A DNA stretch of 64,000 nt. It comes from Octopus bimaculoides (lineage: Eukaryota). The notes beneath the pieces were generated by a model. It searched no databases, had not been told where the DNA came from, and was given only the letters and a program-made list of their open reading frames with translations. Each line of letters starts with the position of its first letter. The stretch's first letter is position 1. This document shows positions 13,126-27,505 of this stretch, in pieces. Both the position numbers and the translations under genes were made by a program. The stretch covers positions 6,924,780-6,988,779 of the forward strand of contig NC_068991.1 in the NCBI RefSeq assembly GCF_001194135.2, read 5' to 3'.

Positions 13126-13330
13126 ATGAGGGGGTGCTGAAAAGTTCCTGGCTTTGGGTGAAAGAAAACAGAGGAGGATCAGTTAATCATGATTTTATTC
13201 AGCATATTCCTCTCTCATGTCAACACACTTATTGCAGCGGTCCTTTGGTTTTTCAAAGTCCTATAAAAGACCTTGGAAAGTTGGGGCCTCCAGCCAGGCC
13301 TTTCGTGACACCCTTAAAGCCTGGAACTTT
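13126..13330. mobile_element. Tc1/mariner-type MITE (same family as 38705)
   Basis: Starts TA-TGAGGGGGTGCTGAAAAGTTCCTGGCTTT; interior is the reverse complement of 38705-38912; right TIR truncated. Confidence 0.7.
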
Positions 13331-14493
13331 CCTCCCCCACCATCATGTGTATGTGTGTGTGCGTATATATATAAATATATATACACATATATATATTAGG
13401 GGCGTGTGGTGATCTTTCTTGCTGGGGAAGCAATGACCAAAATTTTCTGTCACATAGATATTTTAATTAAATTGACATGTTCATCATATTATACAGCTAT
13501 TTTTAAGATAAAATTTTTTAAAAATTACATTTTATATTTTAAGGTTTTTCTGCAATTTGAAAAAGTATAAAATATTTGTTGAATAAACGCAGAAGACTAT
13601 GTGTGCTATCTCTTCACCATTTTTCTTATGGAAGCAGAATGTCAACTTGCTTCCCTTTTCCTATGTAACAACGTAAGATTATATATATCATAGGTATTGT
13701 GAATTGGCAGAAACTTAATCTAAGTGTATAAGTATTCATTAGCATCTAAAACTATTCGTTATCAGCTCGTACTAGAAAAAAAAATTGTCTTCGTGGCATT
13801 TTTATCAGAAAAAATGTTAAACTATTACACCCGAAAAGGGATGCAATAGCTCATGTTGCTTCCCTTGCACAGATTTTTGGTGTCATCTGCCACTGTTTGT
13901 CGTCTTATGCTAATTCCGGCAACAAAAATCTGAAACCTATGACATCATATAGTTTATATTAATTATTAATTTTACAGAACATTAGAAGAACAATCTTACG
14001 AAAAATAAGTAATATAGTTTTAATTTTGTTTTCTATAACTTTTAAGGGAAGCATTGCTTTTCTTGCTTCCATGGACTGCATGCCTGTGCTATATATATAT
14101 ATATATATACTTGTTGAAAGCTCTTGTTTAATGAATGTAAGATGTCCCTGCCTGTTATTTGACCCACTATATTTAATACTATAATCATCACATACTGACA
14201 GTGACTTTGTGAAATCAGATCTCTTCATGGAAAAAAAGCACTTTTGGTTGGGTTGTAGCTGTTCAGTTCACATGGAAACACTGAACAAGTGTTCAGAAGC
14301 AATGATAACAGTACAACCTCTTATGTGCAATTTGAAAGGCAAAGTCGGCGTTCTCAGAATATATAATGAATAACAACAAAGGTAGGGGAAGCAGCTGTGT
14401 GGCATTGTTAATTATCCCTTCACACAATAACGAAGCAAATCACGACCCACCTCCACTGCCTTCCTGGGCTGATTTAGGTAAAAGAAAATTTAA

Positions 14494-14714
14494 CCCTTTC
14501 ATTGCTGCATTTCTGTTGAGACACTCTGTGTTTCTTTCAATTAATTTTAAATATAACAAAGAATTTAGTAAAATAACTTAGTTATCATTCAGCTAGTGTT
14601 AGGAACATAAATTGTGACTAAGGTTTGGTGGGAGATTTTAATTCAAAACTTATGAAAACAAGACATTTGTAATCAGAGCCAGAGACGGTTTCAGCTGGGT
14701 TGGTATCGAAAGGG
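14494..14714. mobile_element. piggyBac-like MITE, 221 bp
   Basis: TTAA-CCCTTTC..CGAAAGGG-TTAA; partial related copies near 8320-8470 and 14750-14845. Confidence 0.8.
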
Positions 14715-15924
14715 TTAAACAGATACAAAATAATAAAAAATTCTTCCATGTTTATTTTGAGATGGTCTGTGTTTCTTTCAATTAATTTTAAATATAACCA
14801 AGAATTTAGTAAAATGATTTAGTTATCATTAAGCTAGTGTTAGAAGAATAAAAGACTACATCACATTCTATTGCGAACTGTCTACTAAGGATTGTTCCAA
14901 CTCATTGGTAATGTCAGTGACAGTTCCACTTTCGAAATAAACCTTGACATTCTGCTTCATGGTAAAAAGATGCGATCGGTTGAATTCAATCTTACAAATG
15001 TCAAGTCTAGAGAGTCTCGTATAAAATGAAATTTATGAGTAGAAATTGCCGCCCACATAGAAAATGTTTGAAATATGTCCAAGAGACACACAAACTGAAC
15101 AATAGGGGCATCGAGAAAGCAATCCAAATGACAGACTGGCCTAGAAATATTTGTGTTATAATAAAATACATAGCAAATCCCTTAATGTCAGGTATGCATC
15201 CATTCTGTGACTCAGGTCTGTAATAGCAATAGAGAATTTGGAGATTTCTGGAGCATGTACAGAAGACAGCACACTTAATAATCAAACTGATGAAAGCCAC
15301 AACATCATCGTCATCTGACACCCACTTTTCCATACTCTCAGGGATCAGACAGAATTTGTCGAGACAGATTTTTCTGTGGCCAAATGCCATTCCTTTCATC
15401 AAACAGGGTAATACTATTCTTTGGCTAGACTTGAAACAGATACCTTTGCTTGTAGGATGGTGATGCTCGTTTACAACCATCACATGAGGTTTAGGCAATG
15501 GCACACACACACACACGCGCGCGCACGCACATGCATACATACAATGGGCTTCAATGCAGTTTCCATATCTGCTTGAAAGGTTTTGGTCTGCCGAGGACTA
15601 TAGAAAAAGACACTTGCTCAAAGTGCCATGCAGTGGAACCTTGAGCAAGTGTCTGATTGGCAACAGAAAGAATATCCAACTATAGAAAATATGTCTCAAT
15701 GAATTCCATTTGTCCCTTGCAAACATGGAAAAAGGGAACGTTAAAAGAATGATGACGGAGTCATATTCTAGATTTATTTGGCTTCACTGTGGAATTAGGT
15801 CTTATGGTCTAACCACATTTTCATTCAACAGCTTCAGAAAACGATCAAAGCAAATAGTTTTGCTATTCTTATGGCTTATTGGGATTTGTTTAAAAAAAAC
15901 CCTGAAAGAGAATCATACATATAT

Positions 15925-16292
15925 AGGTGCAGGCGTGACTGTGGTAAGAAGCTGGTTTCCCAACCACAGGGTTCCAGGATCAGTCCCACTGCGTAGCACC
16001 TTGGGCAAGTGTCTTGGGCCGACCAAAATCTTGTGAGTGGGTTTGATAGATGGAAACTGAAAGAAACCCGTCATATATATATGTATGTATTTGTATGTGT
16101 GTCCATGTTTGTCCCTCCACCATCACTTGACAACCGATGTTGGTGTGTTTACATTCCCTTAATGTAGCAGTTCGGCAAAAGAGGCCGATAGAATAAGTAC
16201 CATGCTTACAAAGAATAAGTCCTGGGATCGATTTGTTCAACTAAAGGCGGTACTCCAACATGGCTGCAGTCAAATGACTGAAACAAGTAAAA
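15925..16292 (+). mobile_element. tRNA-derived SINE family A
   Basis: Co-linear with 7348-7800. Confidence 0.85.
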
Positions 16293-16689
16293 TTTTTGGG
16301 CAAGTGGGACTGAACTTAAAATCATGTGGTTGGGAAGCAAACTGACTTACCAGACAGCCACACCTGTACCTAATAATCATTTAAATAGTAATTACACTTC
16401 ACATAGCAGATTGCACTTCATTTCCTTCTGCTTCAATGTTTTGGCATCATAACTGGAACCTCTTAAAATATTTTGTAATCAGCTACACTCTTATCTTTAA
16501 GCAGCCTTGAAACTTAAGACATATTAAGTTGCTTCTGGGTTGAAGTGCTGTGCTACTAATGAAAACATCTTGAATTCAAACCTCATTACATCCATTAATT
16601 ATTAAAGTGCTATACAATGTGGGTTATGAATATATAAGTACAGGTATGGATGTGTGGTTTAGAATTTCATTTCCCAACCATGTGTTTAA

Positions 16690-16910
16690 CCCTTTAGCTC
16701 TCAGATTACTCTGTCAAATGTGTTGCTTATTTATTCACATTGCTTTTGAATAAATCATGCCTTATATTGTAGCTTTGAGATTTCGATGATGGGAGTATTA
16801 ATTTTTATATTGATATTGTAGAGTAGGTGTGAAAAGCAGGATCTGGCCAGTTTGAACATAAAACAGGTAGAATGTTTGGGCCAGATATGGTCAGTTTAAA
16901 TGTTAATGGG
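16690..16910. mobile_element. piggyBac-like MITE (second family), 221 bp, inserted in a SINE head
   Basis: TTAA-CCCTTTAGC..AATGGG-TTAA; related copies near 31935-32133, 40678-40850, 41433-41610 and a split copy at 21716-22372. Confidence 0.75.
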
Positions 16911-17200
16911 TTAAAGTTCAGTCCCACAGCGTCATAACACTTTGGACAAGCGTTTTATGAGAAAGCTCCAGGCCAAGCAAAGCTTTTGTATAACAAAAAA
17001 AAAACTACAATGTGTGTGTGTATTGGTCGGCCCAGCTTGTTTTCCATAAACAACCTTGCCTGGATTTGTACATTGGAGGGTAATTTTGTAGGTGCGATCT
17101 CATAGTCACGCATGACTGAAGGGGGTTTTTACTCAAGAGGTTTTATAAGCAAAGTGAGCCTTCCGCTATTTCTGTGACTGATGGGAATAAAACAACTTAC

Positions 17201-17350
17201 CTTGCTGGCATCGATTTTCACTGCATGGTTGTCTAATATATACAATGCCGGTTGAATTTGTACCTTTACTTCAGATATGTCTTTAACCATGATGCCTAAA
17301 TTAGCAGGATTAGGTGGTTGAAGGTACATTTTTAATAGATGAAGATATAC
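17201..17350 (-). CDS. VPS39: VPS39 exon 22
   Basis: VYLHLLKMYLQPPNPANLGIMVKDISEVKVQIQPALYILDNHAVKIDASK (human VYLSLLRMYLSPP..KLDTTK); cacag / gtaagt. Confidence 0.96.
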
Positions 17351-17790
17351 CTGTGACACACAGAAAACAAAGCAAAAAGAAGTAATTAGACCACAATGAA
17401 ATGAATTAATAATTTTGAAGGGAAGACAAGCCAGGACATGTAAGATTGATGACTAATGAATATGAATTAAGGTCAACTGCACAGAAAGAAATATTTCTCA
17501 TACCTCACCTTTTCTCTCCATACATATGTGAGTGGGCGAGTGTGTATACAAACGTGTGTGTGTGTGTGTGTAGGAGGCTGTGTTTTCCAAAATGGAGGCG
17601 AACACCTTTCTCTGTGTGATCGGCTAGAAGAATTAAGACACTAGGATATTTTCCTAATTTTCTTAACATGAAACCAATGGTAGCCTTAATTCACAAATAA
17701 AGAAATTATATCCACCAATGCGGCGTTGAGCACTCAGTTTCATCATTCGACATTTACGTATATATACATATGTATGTACGTATGTATGTA

Positions 17791-17845
<55 letters not shown>

Positions 17846-19330
17846 ATAGATGGATGGATGGATGGATGGATGGATAGATAGATGTGTATGTATGTAGTTC
17901 CTGTGGCTACTTCTACAAACATGATTTCAACCAACCAAAATCCAACAATTTGGAGACTTAGGTATCTTTTTCGGATCCTGTGATGGTAGCAGGTCACACG
18001 ATGCACAATGTCACCTGTACTCTACCTTTCTGTTCATTATTGATGAGCCATGTTTTATGATCTCTCACACACACATTGTTTTTTATATAAATAAGCACTC
18101 AGCTTCAAACAAATACGATTGATTAGGTCAACTCGGCACTCAGCCAGTATTTATTATACTGAGTGAGTAAAGATGAAAATGCAAAGTTAACTTTGGCAGA
18201 ATTTAAATGCCCCAGTGGTCTCACAAAGTTCATAGGAAATATTTCTTTCTCATTTCTTTTTGTAATCCTTAAGCCTTAGGGGCCCATAAGCCCAGTTACC
18301 CGATTTCCAAGACCAAGATCACCACATCACCCTTAAACGGGATACCAGTCCATTGCAGAGTTCAAGGCCAACAATTTTTGAGGGGAGAGGGCAAGTCAAT
18401 TACATTGACCCTAGTACTTGACTCATCCCTTTTTCCATCAACGGAAGGAACAAAAAGCAAAGCTGACTTAAGCAGGATTTGAACTCAGAACATAAAAAAA
18501 ACCCAGAAGAAATGCTGCTAAACATTTTGTCTGATGAGTTAATGATTCAGCCAGCGCACGGCCTTTTTCTCTCTCAATAGTGAATCATAAAAAAAAAATT
18601 AATCCAATAAAAAAATTCATTATATTAAATAAACACCTTTTAAATCATTCTCTAAGAGTTTTAATATTCTGACATAATGTAATTGTGTGAATGCTTTTAA
18701 TGCAGTCAAATTGTTATCTCTTGCAATAACAAAGACAAAAAAAAACAAAAAAAAGGAAAGCAATGACAGAAACACTTTAATCATTTCTGTCAGCTTCAAA
18801 CACAAAAGCGTTTATATATTAAGTAGTTACCTTGCAGCCATAGGCTAATTAGCATAATATATTCTATACTTTAGTACTAACCCTGCAGAGTTATGTAGGG
18901 ATGATTCTGTTGGTAAAAAACATGTTTATGAAATGTCAAAGTGCTACCAACAGGCTATGTCTACCTATGCTGGATTGATTCTGTTGTCATTAAATTACAA
19001 TAAACTGTTAGCTTTTTTTTTTGTTTTTGTTTTTTTTTTCTCAAAACATACATTGGCTATTTGTACAGATGACAAAAGGAATATGTGCAAACATATTCAC
19101 ATATATACATACCAAACACTTTGGCCAAGAAGATTACCTATTGTTAGCTTTTGGGATTTTTCTATTTTGGTGGGGGGGGGGTTAACTTAGGATTGCCATT
19201 AACACAAACTATCCTGCAAAAAAAGCTTTATAATCCAAACTACAAAAATAAATTTATTGTCATACAGAAGATTCTTACAACAACAAACGACAAAACAATA
19301 TATGTATGTATGGATGTATGTATGTATATA

Positions 19331-19387
<57 letters not shown>

Positions 19388-19959
19388 NNNNNNNNNNTGT
19401 ATGTGTGTGTGTGTGTGTGTTTATATACATAAGTTAATCAGTAAATGTGTAGTAAATCCAAATAGAACAGCTATATTTATCGATCTCCTAAGGATGATTC
19501 AGACAGTTGTTGCGACCAGATGAAAAAAAACAAAAAAACATGTCAGCCCATTATAGCTATGACACATATTACTGTTCAATACTAACAGAAAGCAATAACA
19601 CAAGTGAAACAACTGCCAGCCCCCAACAGCTGTACATGTCTCATCGAAAAACCAGTCATTACAACATTAATCAATGTTGTATTATGGAAGGAGGTAAATG
19701 TCAAACTGACCCCATTTTGAGATAAGATGAGATACAAGATGGGCAGCCATCAATCAGGGGGGGAAATAGTTAATACGAGAATTAGAATGATGGCCAGAGA
19801 ATTGGGAGAAGATTTAGTGCAGGGAGGAGCATAACTAGTGCTATAAGGGCACTTACTAGTAAGCAAGTATAACCAATCACATTTGAAAAGAACCATTTTA
19901 TAAATCTACAAATATATGCACAAATATATTTACATATATATATATATATATATATAAAT

Positions 19960-20006
<47 letters not shown>

Positions 20007-20112
20007 TAGGAGAGTATTGTAGTTCGCTTGAAGCATTGTGTATTGTTTGTAAAGAATAAAAAGTTTTGAACGGTACAACAATGCACTATAATACAAAAAA
20101 TGGACTATATAC

Positions 20113-20418
20113 CTCATTGGTCATTAATGGCCACAGGATTGCATCTAGAAAGTTCCCTTCTGAGACACAAGTCTGGGCAAGGTTGTCTATGGAAGACCAG
20201 CAGTCGCCCATGCATACCAAGCTCCCCTCTCCATGCCACCAATGTTGTCCAAGAGAAAGGCAAAGGCTGATACACCTTGGCACCAGAGACATCACAACTC
20301 ATTTCTACAGCTGAGTGAACTGGAGCAACGTGAAATAAAGTGTCTTGCTCAAGAAGACAACACACAGCCCAGTCTGGGAATCGAACTCACTACCTCACGA
20401 TTGAGCTATGCACCTTCA
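20113..20418 (-). mobile_element. SINE family D
   Basis: Co-linear with 26695-27020. Confidence 0.8.
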
Positions 20419-23400
20419 CTTTGGAAGTTCACTAAATAATCAAGAATTAGAAAACATTTAGTAAAATAACTTTTTGGTTCAGCCCAACTGTGTAACACCT
20501 TGGGCAAATGTCTTCTTTTATAACCCCAGGCCAATCAATGCCTTGTGACTGAATCTGGTAGACAGAAACAGTGTGGAAGTCCATCGTGTGTGTGCATGTG
20601 TGCGTTAGTCTCCCTATACTGCCATCTGACAACAGGTGTTGGTTTGTTTACATTATGTAGCAGTTTGGTAAAAGAGATCAATATGATAAGTACCAGACTT
20701 AAAAATCAACATAAATACTGCAATCAATTTGTGAGACTAAAATCCTTCAAGATGGAGCTCCAGCATGGCCACAGTCCAATGATTGAAACAAGCAAAAGAT
20801 AATAAAAAAATAAAATAAAAGATTCAGAATATTCCAACCATTTCAGCCAAATTTAAAAACCAGAATTAGCGTCAGGAAGGGCATCCAGCTGTAGAAACTC
20901 TGCCAGATCAGATTGGAGCCTGGTGCAGCCTTCTGACTCACCAGTCCTCAGTCAAACCGTCCGACCCATGCCAGTATGGAAAGCAGACGTTAAACGATGA
21001 TGATGATGATGATGATGATGAGAATTATTTGTGCCATCACTTGTTCGGATATTTCTTCCCTTCTTCTAAAACAGCTGCCATACTGTTAGATCCAGCTGTT
21101 ACCGTATTATCAGAAATCTTTCACAACACAATATCTTTGCAGTTAGTCTTCCAAAGCTAACATTATTCAATTCTATCTTTTTATTAGAGTTTAGTCAACC
21201 CCTTTGGTAAATATATCTAAGCATCTTATTGAAAATTTTCCCCCAATTCTAGGGGTTTGCCTACAACACACCTGAACAACGCTTTTGAGTTGGTCGGACC
21301 AAATCTTTAAATGAAAGACATGATAATGGTGTTCTGAAAATAGGTTTCTCAGCTCTGAGCATAAATAGGTCAGCAGTTGACGAAATATTGCGAAAAAAAA
21401 AAGACAAAAATTGATCAATTTTACGAAGGAAATATATTGATGAAATTTTATGGTTTTGCAGTTACTAAAAGCGAAAATTCAATACAAAAGTAAACAAAGG
21501 TGAACATCTGAATAATGTTTAGAAACCAGAAAGCAGAAAAAGAGCAGCAACAAAACTAATTACATTTACCATAAATTCTGTCACAAGAAACCTCTGTGCC
21601 AGTTTGGGATGCTTTTACAAGCATATAATTTCTCCATTGATGGCTTGTTTATGTATAAGAACCACCTACACCACTATCACCACCACCACCATCATCATCA
21701 TCACCATCATTCAGCACTTTAGTATCTAAAGTGGCCATTTCTGACCAAAATATTCCATCTTATGTTCAAACTGGCCAGATTCTACCTCTCACACCTACCC
21801 CACAATCAGCATTTATTTATTTACTGCCCACAGGGGGGCTAAACATAGAGGGGGCAAACAAGGACAGACAAAGGGATTAGGTCGATTACATCAACCCCAG
21901 TGCGTAACTGGTACTTATTTAATCAACCCCAAAAGGATGAAAGGCGAAGTCGACCATGGTGGAATTTGAACTCAGAACGTAACTGCAGACAAAATACCAC
22001 TAAGCATTTCGCCCAGCATGCTAACAATTCTGCCAGCTCACCGCTACAATCACCGCTACAATCACCGCTACAATCACCGTCATCATCATCATTGTTTAAT
22101 GTCCGCCTTCCATGCTGGCATGGGTCGGGCAGTTTGTCAGGAGCCGGCCAAGTCGGAACCCGAATCAGACTTCTGTGTCTGTTTTAGCAGGGTTTTTACA
22201 GTTGGATGCCCTTTCTAACATCAACTACCCGGCAGAGTGGACTATGTTAGTCTAAAAAATATACAGCCACATAATTGAAATCTCAAGACTACAAGATATT
22301 GCAAAATGAATTCAAAACTGTGAATAAACAAGCATCACATTTGATAGAATAATCTCAATGCTAAAAGGCTTAATGTCCACACTTTCATGCTTGCATAGGT
22401 CAGATGCAGTTTGCAGAGGCAGAGAATTTTCTACAGCCAGATGCCTTCCCTGTCACCAACCCTTACCTGTTTCCAAGCAAGGAAATATTTTCCAGTAGCT
22501 TAACTGCAAATGAACAACCTCACTTGTATAACAATAATGCTCATTTACGACCATCTCATAACAAGAGTACACACACACACACACAAACACACACACATAC
22601 ATACACACAAACAAAAGAGGGTTTCTCATTACCTTCTTTACATTTTGTTTTGTTTTTTAACTTTTAACTCAGGCTCAATATTTTACAAATAATTCAGACA
22701 AAGATTAGATGGATAAGCTATCAGACATAATTAGCCATTAGTAATCTGTACCTTCCTACATGTCTTTCAGAAACCAACAATCAAGATTCTAAGCCAGGCA
22801 TGGGCAACCTTTTACAAAAAGTAGGCTGCATGAGACAAGGTTCATCAATAAGGTGGGCCACACTACCAAAATCCTTCAAGTTGTTTTTCATTGGCATGTC
22901 ATTCAGAAAGTCTCAAGGGCCACAGTTAGACTACGACTGCTCTCAGCAGTATTTTGATTTTCTGAAAAGAACAGTGAGGTCTTTCATAAATCACAACCTT
23001 CCTTTCTTAAAATGAAGAAGGTCACATTGGATGATTTAACCCTAGATACACTAGACATGGGAGAGAGAAAAAGAAAACATGACAGCCACAAGTAAAATGC
23101 CTTTGATCAAAGGTCAGCTTGATGAAGGCTGACCTAAAGCTAAACAACAACAATCCATTTTTCAAATAGTCTCTTTACATAATTAAGATACTTTAAAACG
23201 AAGAAATTCATTGATTAGTTAGTGCATTGCAAAGCATATGGAGGAATGACCCATTAAATGAAATGAATTTAAAACATCTGTTCACAAGTGTTAGTTTAAA
23301 TGTCAGTAGAAGGCCATGAGTCTAGCAACACATTTTAGTAATGTAGATCACAAGTCTGGAGCTAACAACCTCTGACAATTAACTGATTGTTAGCATGCAA

Positions 23401-24441
23401 ACGTAACAGTGCTCAGCCTATGTTCAACCTAGATTGCAGAAGCGATTTATACAGGGGTGAGCAAAAATAGATATACAGTTGCTTAATATGAGTGGAATGT
23501 TCTTTTCATTTCTCTATTTCTTTATTAAGATACACTTTAAAACCTAACTGATTCATAGGTTGACTAACGGTTCTACAGGAGGTACCTAGTTCATTGGAAG
23601 CCCTGATTTTGTGATTTCTAGGTACACAACTTCTGCTCACCCCTATATTATTAATTACATCTACCAACTGAAAACTACTGCCATAAGCCTCATCAAAACC
23701 TCTGAAGTTACAGGAACATAAAAGAGAGAAAATTAGATGAAACGTATCAGAAATGATACATTGACCCATACATCCATGTACTCAATATTTTAGCCAAAAA
23801 CAGAAATTCAACCCTTCTAGAAATAGCAGCCAAATTTCCCTCCTCTTATCTCCTTAAAACAGACACATTGGAAAACATAGTCCTTCATCATCATCATCTA
23901 AGGTCCACTGTCCATGCTGGCATGGATTGGAAGGTTTGACAGAAGCTGGTAAGGTTGAGAGCAGCATCAGCCTCCATTATTTGTTTTGTCATGGTTTCTA
24001 CGGCTGGATGCCCTTCCTAATGCCAACCACTTTACAGAGTGTACTGGGTGCTTTATACACGGCACACCAACACGGGTGTGTTTATGCAGCACCAGCACAA
24101 GTGCATTTTATGTGGCATTGGCACCTGTAAATGACAAGCCTGTAATTCATGGAGGACAGTGATTTTATTGAGTTTGATGCATCTTCTCAAGTAAATGTAA
24201 AAAGAGAAGAAAAATCTATGGGATGGTCATGACAGTAACACCTTTTCATCACGAGTCTATTTGATCAGACGTGACTTATGACTAAACATCTGTTGAGATA
24301 TTGTGCATTATTTCCCCCTTCCCCCACCCACCGCTCGAGTGAGTGACAAGTGTGGAGAGAAGGCCATAACTAAATCCAGACAGACAATTTGTCAAATACA
24401 CACTACAGATTCTGCTAATCTACTGGCCATCTTTTAATGAT

Positions 24442-24880
24442 TATTCTTTTCTACTCAAGGCAAAAGGCCCGAAATTTTGGGGGAGGGGGCCAGTCAATTA
24501 GATCAACCCCAGTACACAACTGGTATTTAATTTATTGACCCTGAGAGGATGAAAGGCAAAGTAGACCTCGGCAGAATTTGAACTCAGAACTTAAAGACAG
24601 ACAAAATACTGGTAGGCATTTCGCCCTGTGTCCTAACGTTTCTTGTTTCTTTATTGCCCACAAAGGGCTAAACATAGAGGGGACAAACAAAGACAGACAA
24701 AGGAATTAAGTCAATTATATCAATCCCAGTGCGTAACTGGTACTTAATTTATTGACCCCGAAAGGATGAAAGGCAAAGTCGACCTCAGCGGAATTTGAAC
24801 TCAGAACGTAACAACAGGTTAAATACTGCTGGGCATTTCGCCCAGCATGCTAACGATTCTGCCAGCATGCCACCTTCTTT
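24442..24880 (-). mobile_element. Tandem pair of SINE family C copies with different tails
   Basis: Two consecutive family C bodies; the second carries the cccacaaggggctaaacatagagggg tail variant. Confidence 0.8.
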
Positions 24881-25384
24881 TAACGATCATTAAGTTTCTA
24901 TTGACCAAATTCGCTCATAAGGCATTAAATGTTAAGGTTTAGAAAATGTCTTACATACAAAGACAACACTGGAATCTTTTAACGAAACGAGTTCTGGTAA
25001 ACACAAATTGTTGGGAGTGAAGAAAATTCTCGAGTGGTTAGGTTTTTTTTGGTTTTTTTGTTATTTCGGACAACTTCACATTAATAGGTCAGTCTGAATG
25101 TTATCAGAGAAGAAACGACAACAATGTAATGTTGGAGTATTTCAAAATGTCACATGTTCAAACAATATATTTACTAAATAAACATGGAATAATAAGATAA
25201 TAAATACTGAATGAGTGAGTGAGAAGCTGAGACACAAAACACCACTTTCATACAATGAATTTTAGAATTTGTTTGTTTCATTGGACAGTAGCCATGTTGG
25301 GGGCCACACCTTGAAATAAATTGACCCAGGTACTTATTTTTTAAGTTGGATACTTACCCTAATGCCATCTTTTGCCAAAACGCT

Positions 25385-25785
25385 AATTCACAGATACATG
25401 CTAGTGGCACGTAAATAGCACCATTTGAGTGTGATCGTTACCAGTATCGCTTTACTGGCACTTGTGCCAGTAGCATGTTAGAAAATCATTCGAGCGAGGT
25501 CGTTACCAGTGCTGCTGGACTGGCTCTTGTGCAGGTGGCACCTAAAAAACACCATTTTGAGCGTGGCCGTTGCCAGTACCGCATGACTGGCCTTCGTGGC
25601 GGTGGCACATAAAAGCACCCACTACACTCTCGGAGTGGTTGGCGTTAGGAAGGGCATCCAGCTGTATTAACTCTGCCAGATCAGATTGGAGCCTGGTGCA
25701 GCCATCCGGTTCACCAGTCCTCAGTCAAATCGTCCAACCCATGCTAGCATGGAAAGTGGACGTTAAACGATGATGCTGATGATGA
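25385..25785 (+). mobile_element. SINE family B
   Basis: Reverse complement of 60284-60600 with extra body modules. Confidence 0.85.
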
Positions 25786-26694
25786 TAAACAAACCAACGT
25801 TGGTTGTCAAGTTCGCCATTGCGGATGCCATGTAGAAAGCATGCAGTCCATTCTGTAAAGTGGTTGGCATAGGGTAGGTATTCAGTCATGAAAACCATGC
25901 CAAAACAGATCTTGCCAGCACACTCTGTAAAGTGGTTGGCGTTAAGAAGGGAATCCAGGTGTAAAAACAATGTCAAAACAGACATTGGGGCTTCGTGTAG
26001 TCCGCTGGTTTGCCAGCTTCTGTTAAACTGTCCAACCCATGGATGACAGGTTTTTGATGATGATGAAGATGACAATGATGGCGGTGGTGGTGGGGGGAGT
26101 GACAAACACAAACATACACACATATATATACATATAGCCATTTATGTATCATACCTAATGTACATACACTGTCAATAGGCCAGTTACTGCAGTATTTGAT
26201 CAGAGATAACGTCCCTTATGGACTTGTGGGTTTTAAAAAAATCAGTAAGGTGGCTGTTTGCAACATCAGTGAACGTTTCAATCACTTTTTCCTAATATCA
26301 GAAATGGCAAATTCTCATCTAAACATGTGACTGCATGCAAATATGTCTGAATATTGAAAAGACCCACAAAAAGACCGAAATGCATTTGGTACAATCACAG
26401 ACAATTCCTGGGATGAATTTTCACCTCTCTCTGATATTCATTGTCTTTAAAACAGCACAATAATAGATGTTACTTCAGAATATATACCACAGTAATTGGC
26501 CTATCAACAGTGTGTCTACATTTAGTATGATACATAGATGCCTGTTTAAATTGAATACTGCTTCAATTGCATATATTAGATTTTTTTATTCAGCCAGGTG
26601 GTTACTTGCAACATAAGTGAAAGTTTTATTCACATTTTCTTATATCACAAACGACAAATTCTTGTCCAAGGATGTCATTGGTTATGAGTGAGGA

Positions 26695-27020
26695 GAACCC
26701 CTTCGGTCATGGCTGACCGTGGGATTGCACCTACAAAGTTACCCTCCAAGGCACAAGTCCGAGCAAGGTTGTTTATGGAAGGCCAGCAGTCGCCCTTGCA
26801 TACCAGCTTCCCCTTTCCATGCCACTGATGTTATCCAAGGGAAAGGCAAAGGGGTCGATACAGCTTGGCACCTGTGAAGTCGCAACTCATTTTTGCCAGC
26901 TGAGTGAACTGGAGCAACGTGAAATAAAGTGTCTTGCTCAAGAACACAACACACAGCCCGGTCCAGGAATGGAACTCACAACCTCACGATCGTAAGCTCA
27001 ATGCTCTAACCACTGAGCCA
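26695..27020 (-). mobile_element. tRNA-derived SINE family D (CORE/Nin-like central domain)
   Basis: Sense strand: tggctcagtggttagagc..gttcttgagcaagacactttatttcacgttgctccagttcactcagctg; copies at 20113-20418, 30800-31142 and 48665-48960 (+, two heads). Confidence 0.8.
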
Positions 27021-27108
27021 TTGAAAAGACTCAAAAGGGCTGCAATGTCTCTGGCACTCAACCAAGCCTGTTCCCATATCAATACACAAAAAAACTTCAT
27101 TTACTTAC

Positions 27109-27154
27109 ATCTTTATTACCTTCTTTAGCTCCGTCATAATGGTTGATACAATAC
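27109..27154 (-). CDS. VPS39: VPS39 exon 21
   Basis: QYCINHYDGAKEGNKD (human EYCHKHYDRNKDGNKD); ttttag / gtaagt; 46 nt. Confidence 0.95.
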
Positions 27155-27385
27155 CTAAAAAATAAAATACAACCAAAATTTCATTTCCTTTTTCAATTCT
27201 GTAAAATACATAAAACATTTCTGTTTTTCACACTCAGAATACCTTCGAGGTTTTCGTTCTTATTTCCTCCAATGAACAGTTTTCCTGAATGAATCGGTAC
27301 ATTTTATTTTCTTACAGCAAAGTTGTTTCCCTTTACTGTGCTATTCCGTAGTGCTGGTGTTTGGGATATGCGCAACAATATAGAT

Positions 27386-27505
27386 CAGTGGTTCTCAATC
27401 AGGGTTCAAATAGCCTCTGAGAGTCCATATAAGATTTTTGAGGGTCCACGCAATAAAACTGTAAATTGGGGATCCACTATACTATTATAAGAGCCCCTGA
27501 AAAGA
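27386..27505. mobile_element. hAT-type MITE fragment
   Basis: CAGTGGTTCTCAA start and gggtcc-rich interior; related pieces at ~1527-1600, 7220-7265 and 7850-7900. Confidence 0.5.

Noticed and set aside
22039-22080. 12-bp repeat caccgctacaat x3 (SPLQ repeats in the ORF track)
   Set aside because: Slippage at the junction of two SINEs; not coding.
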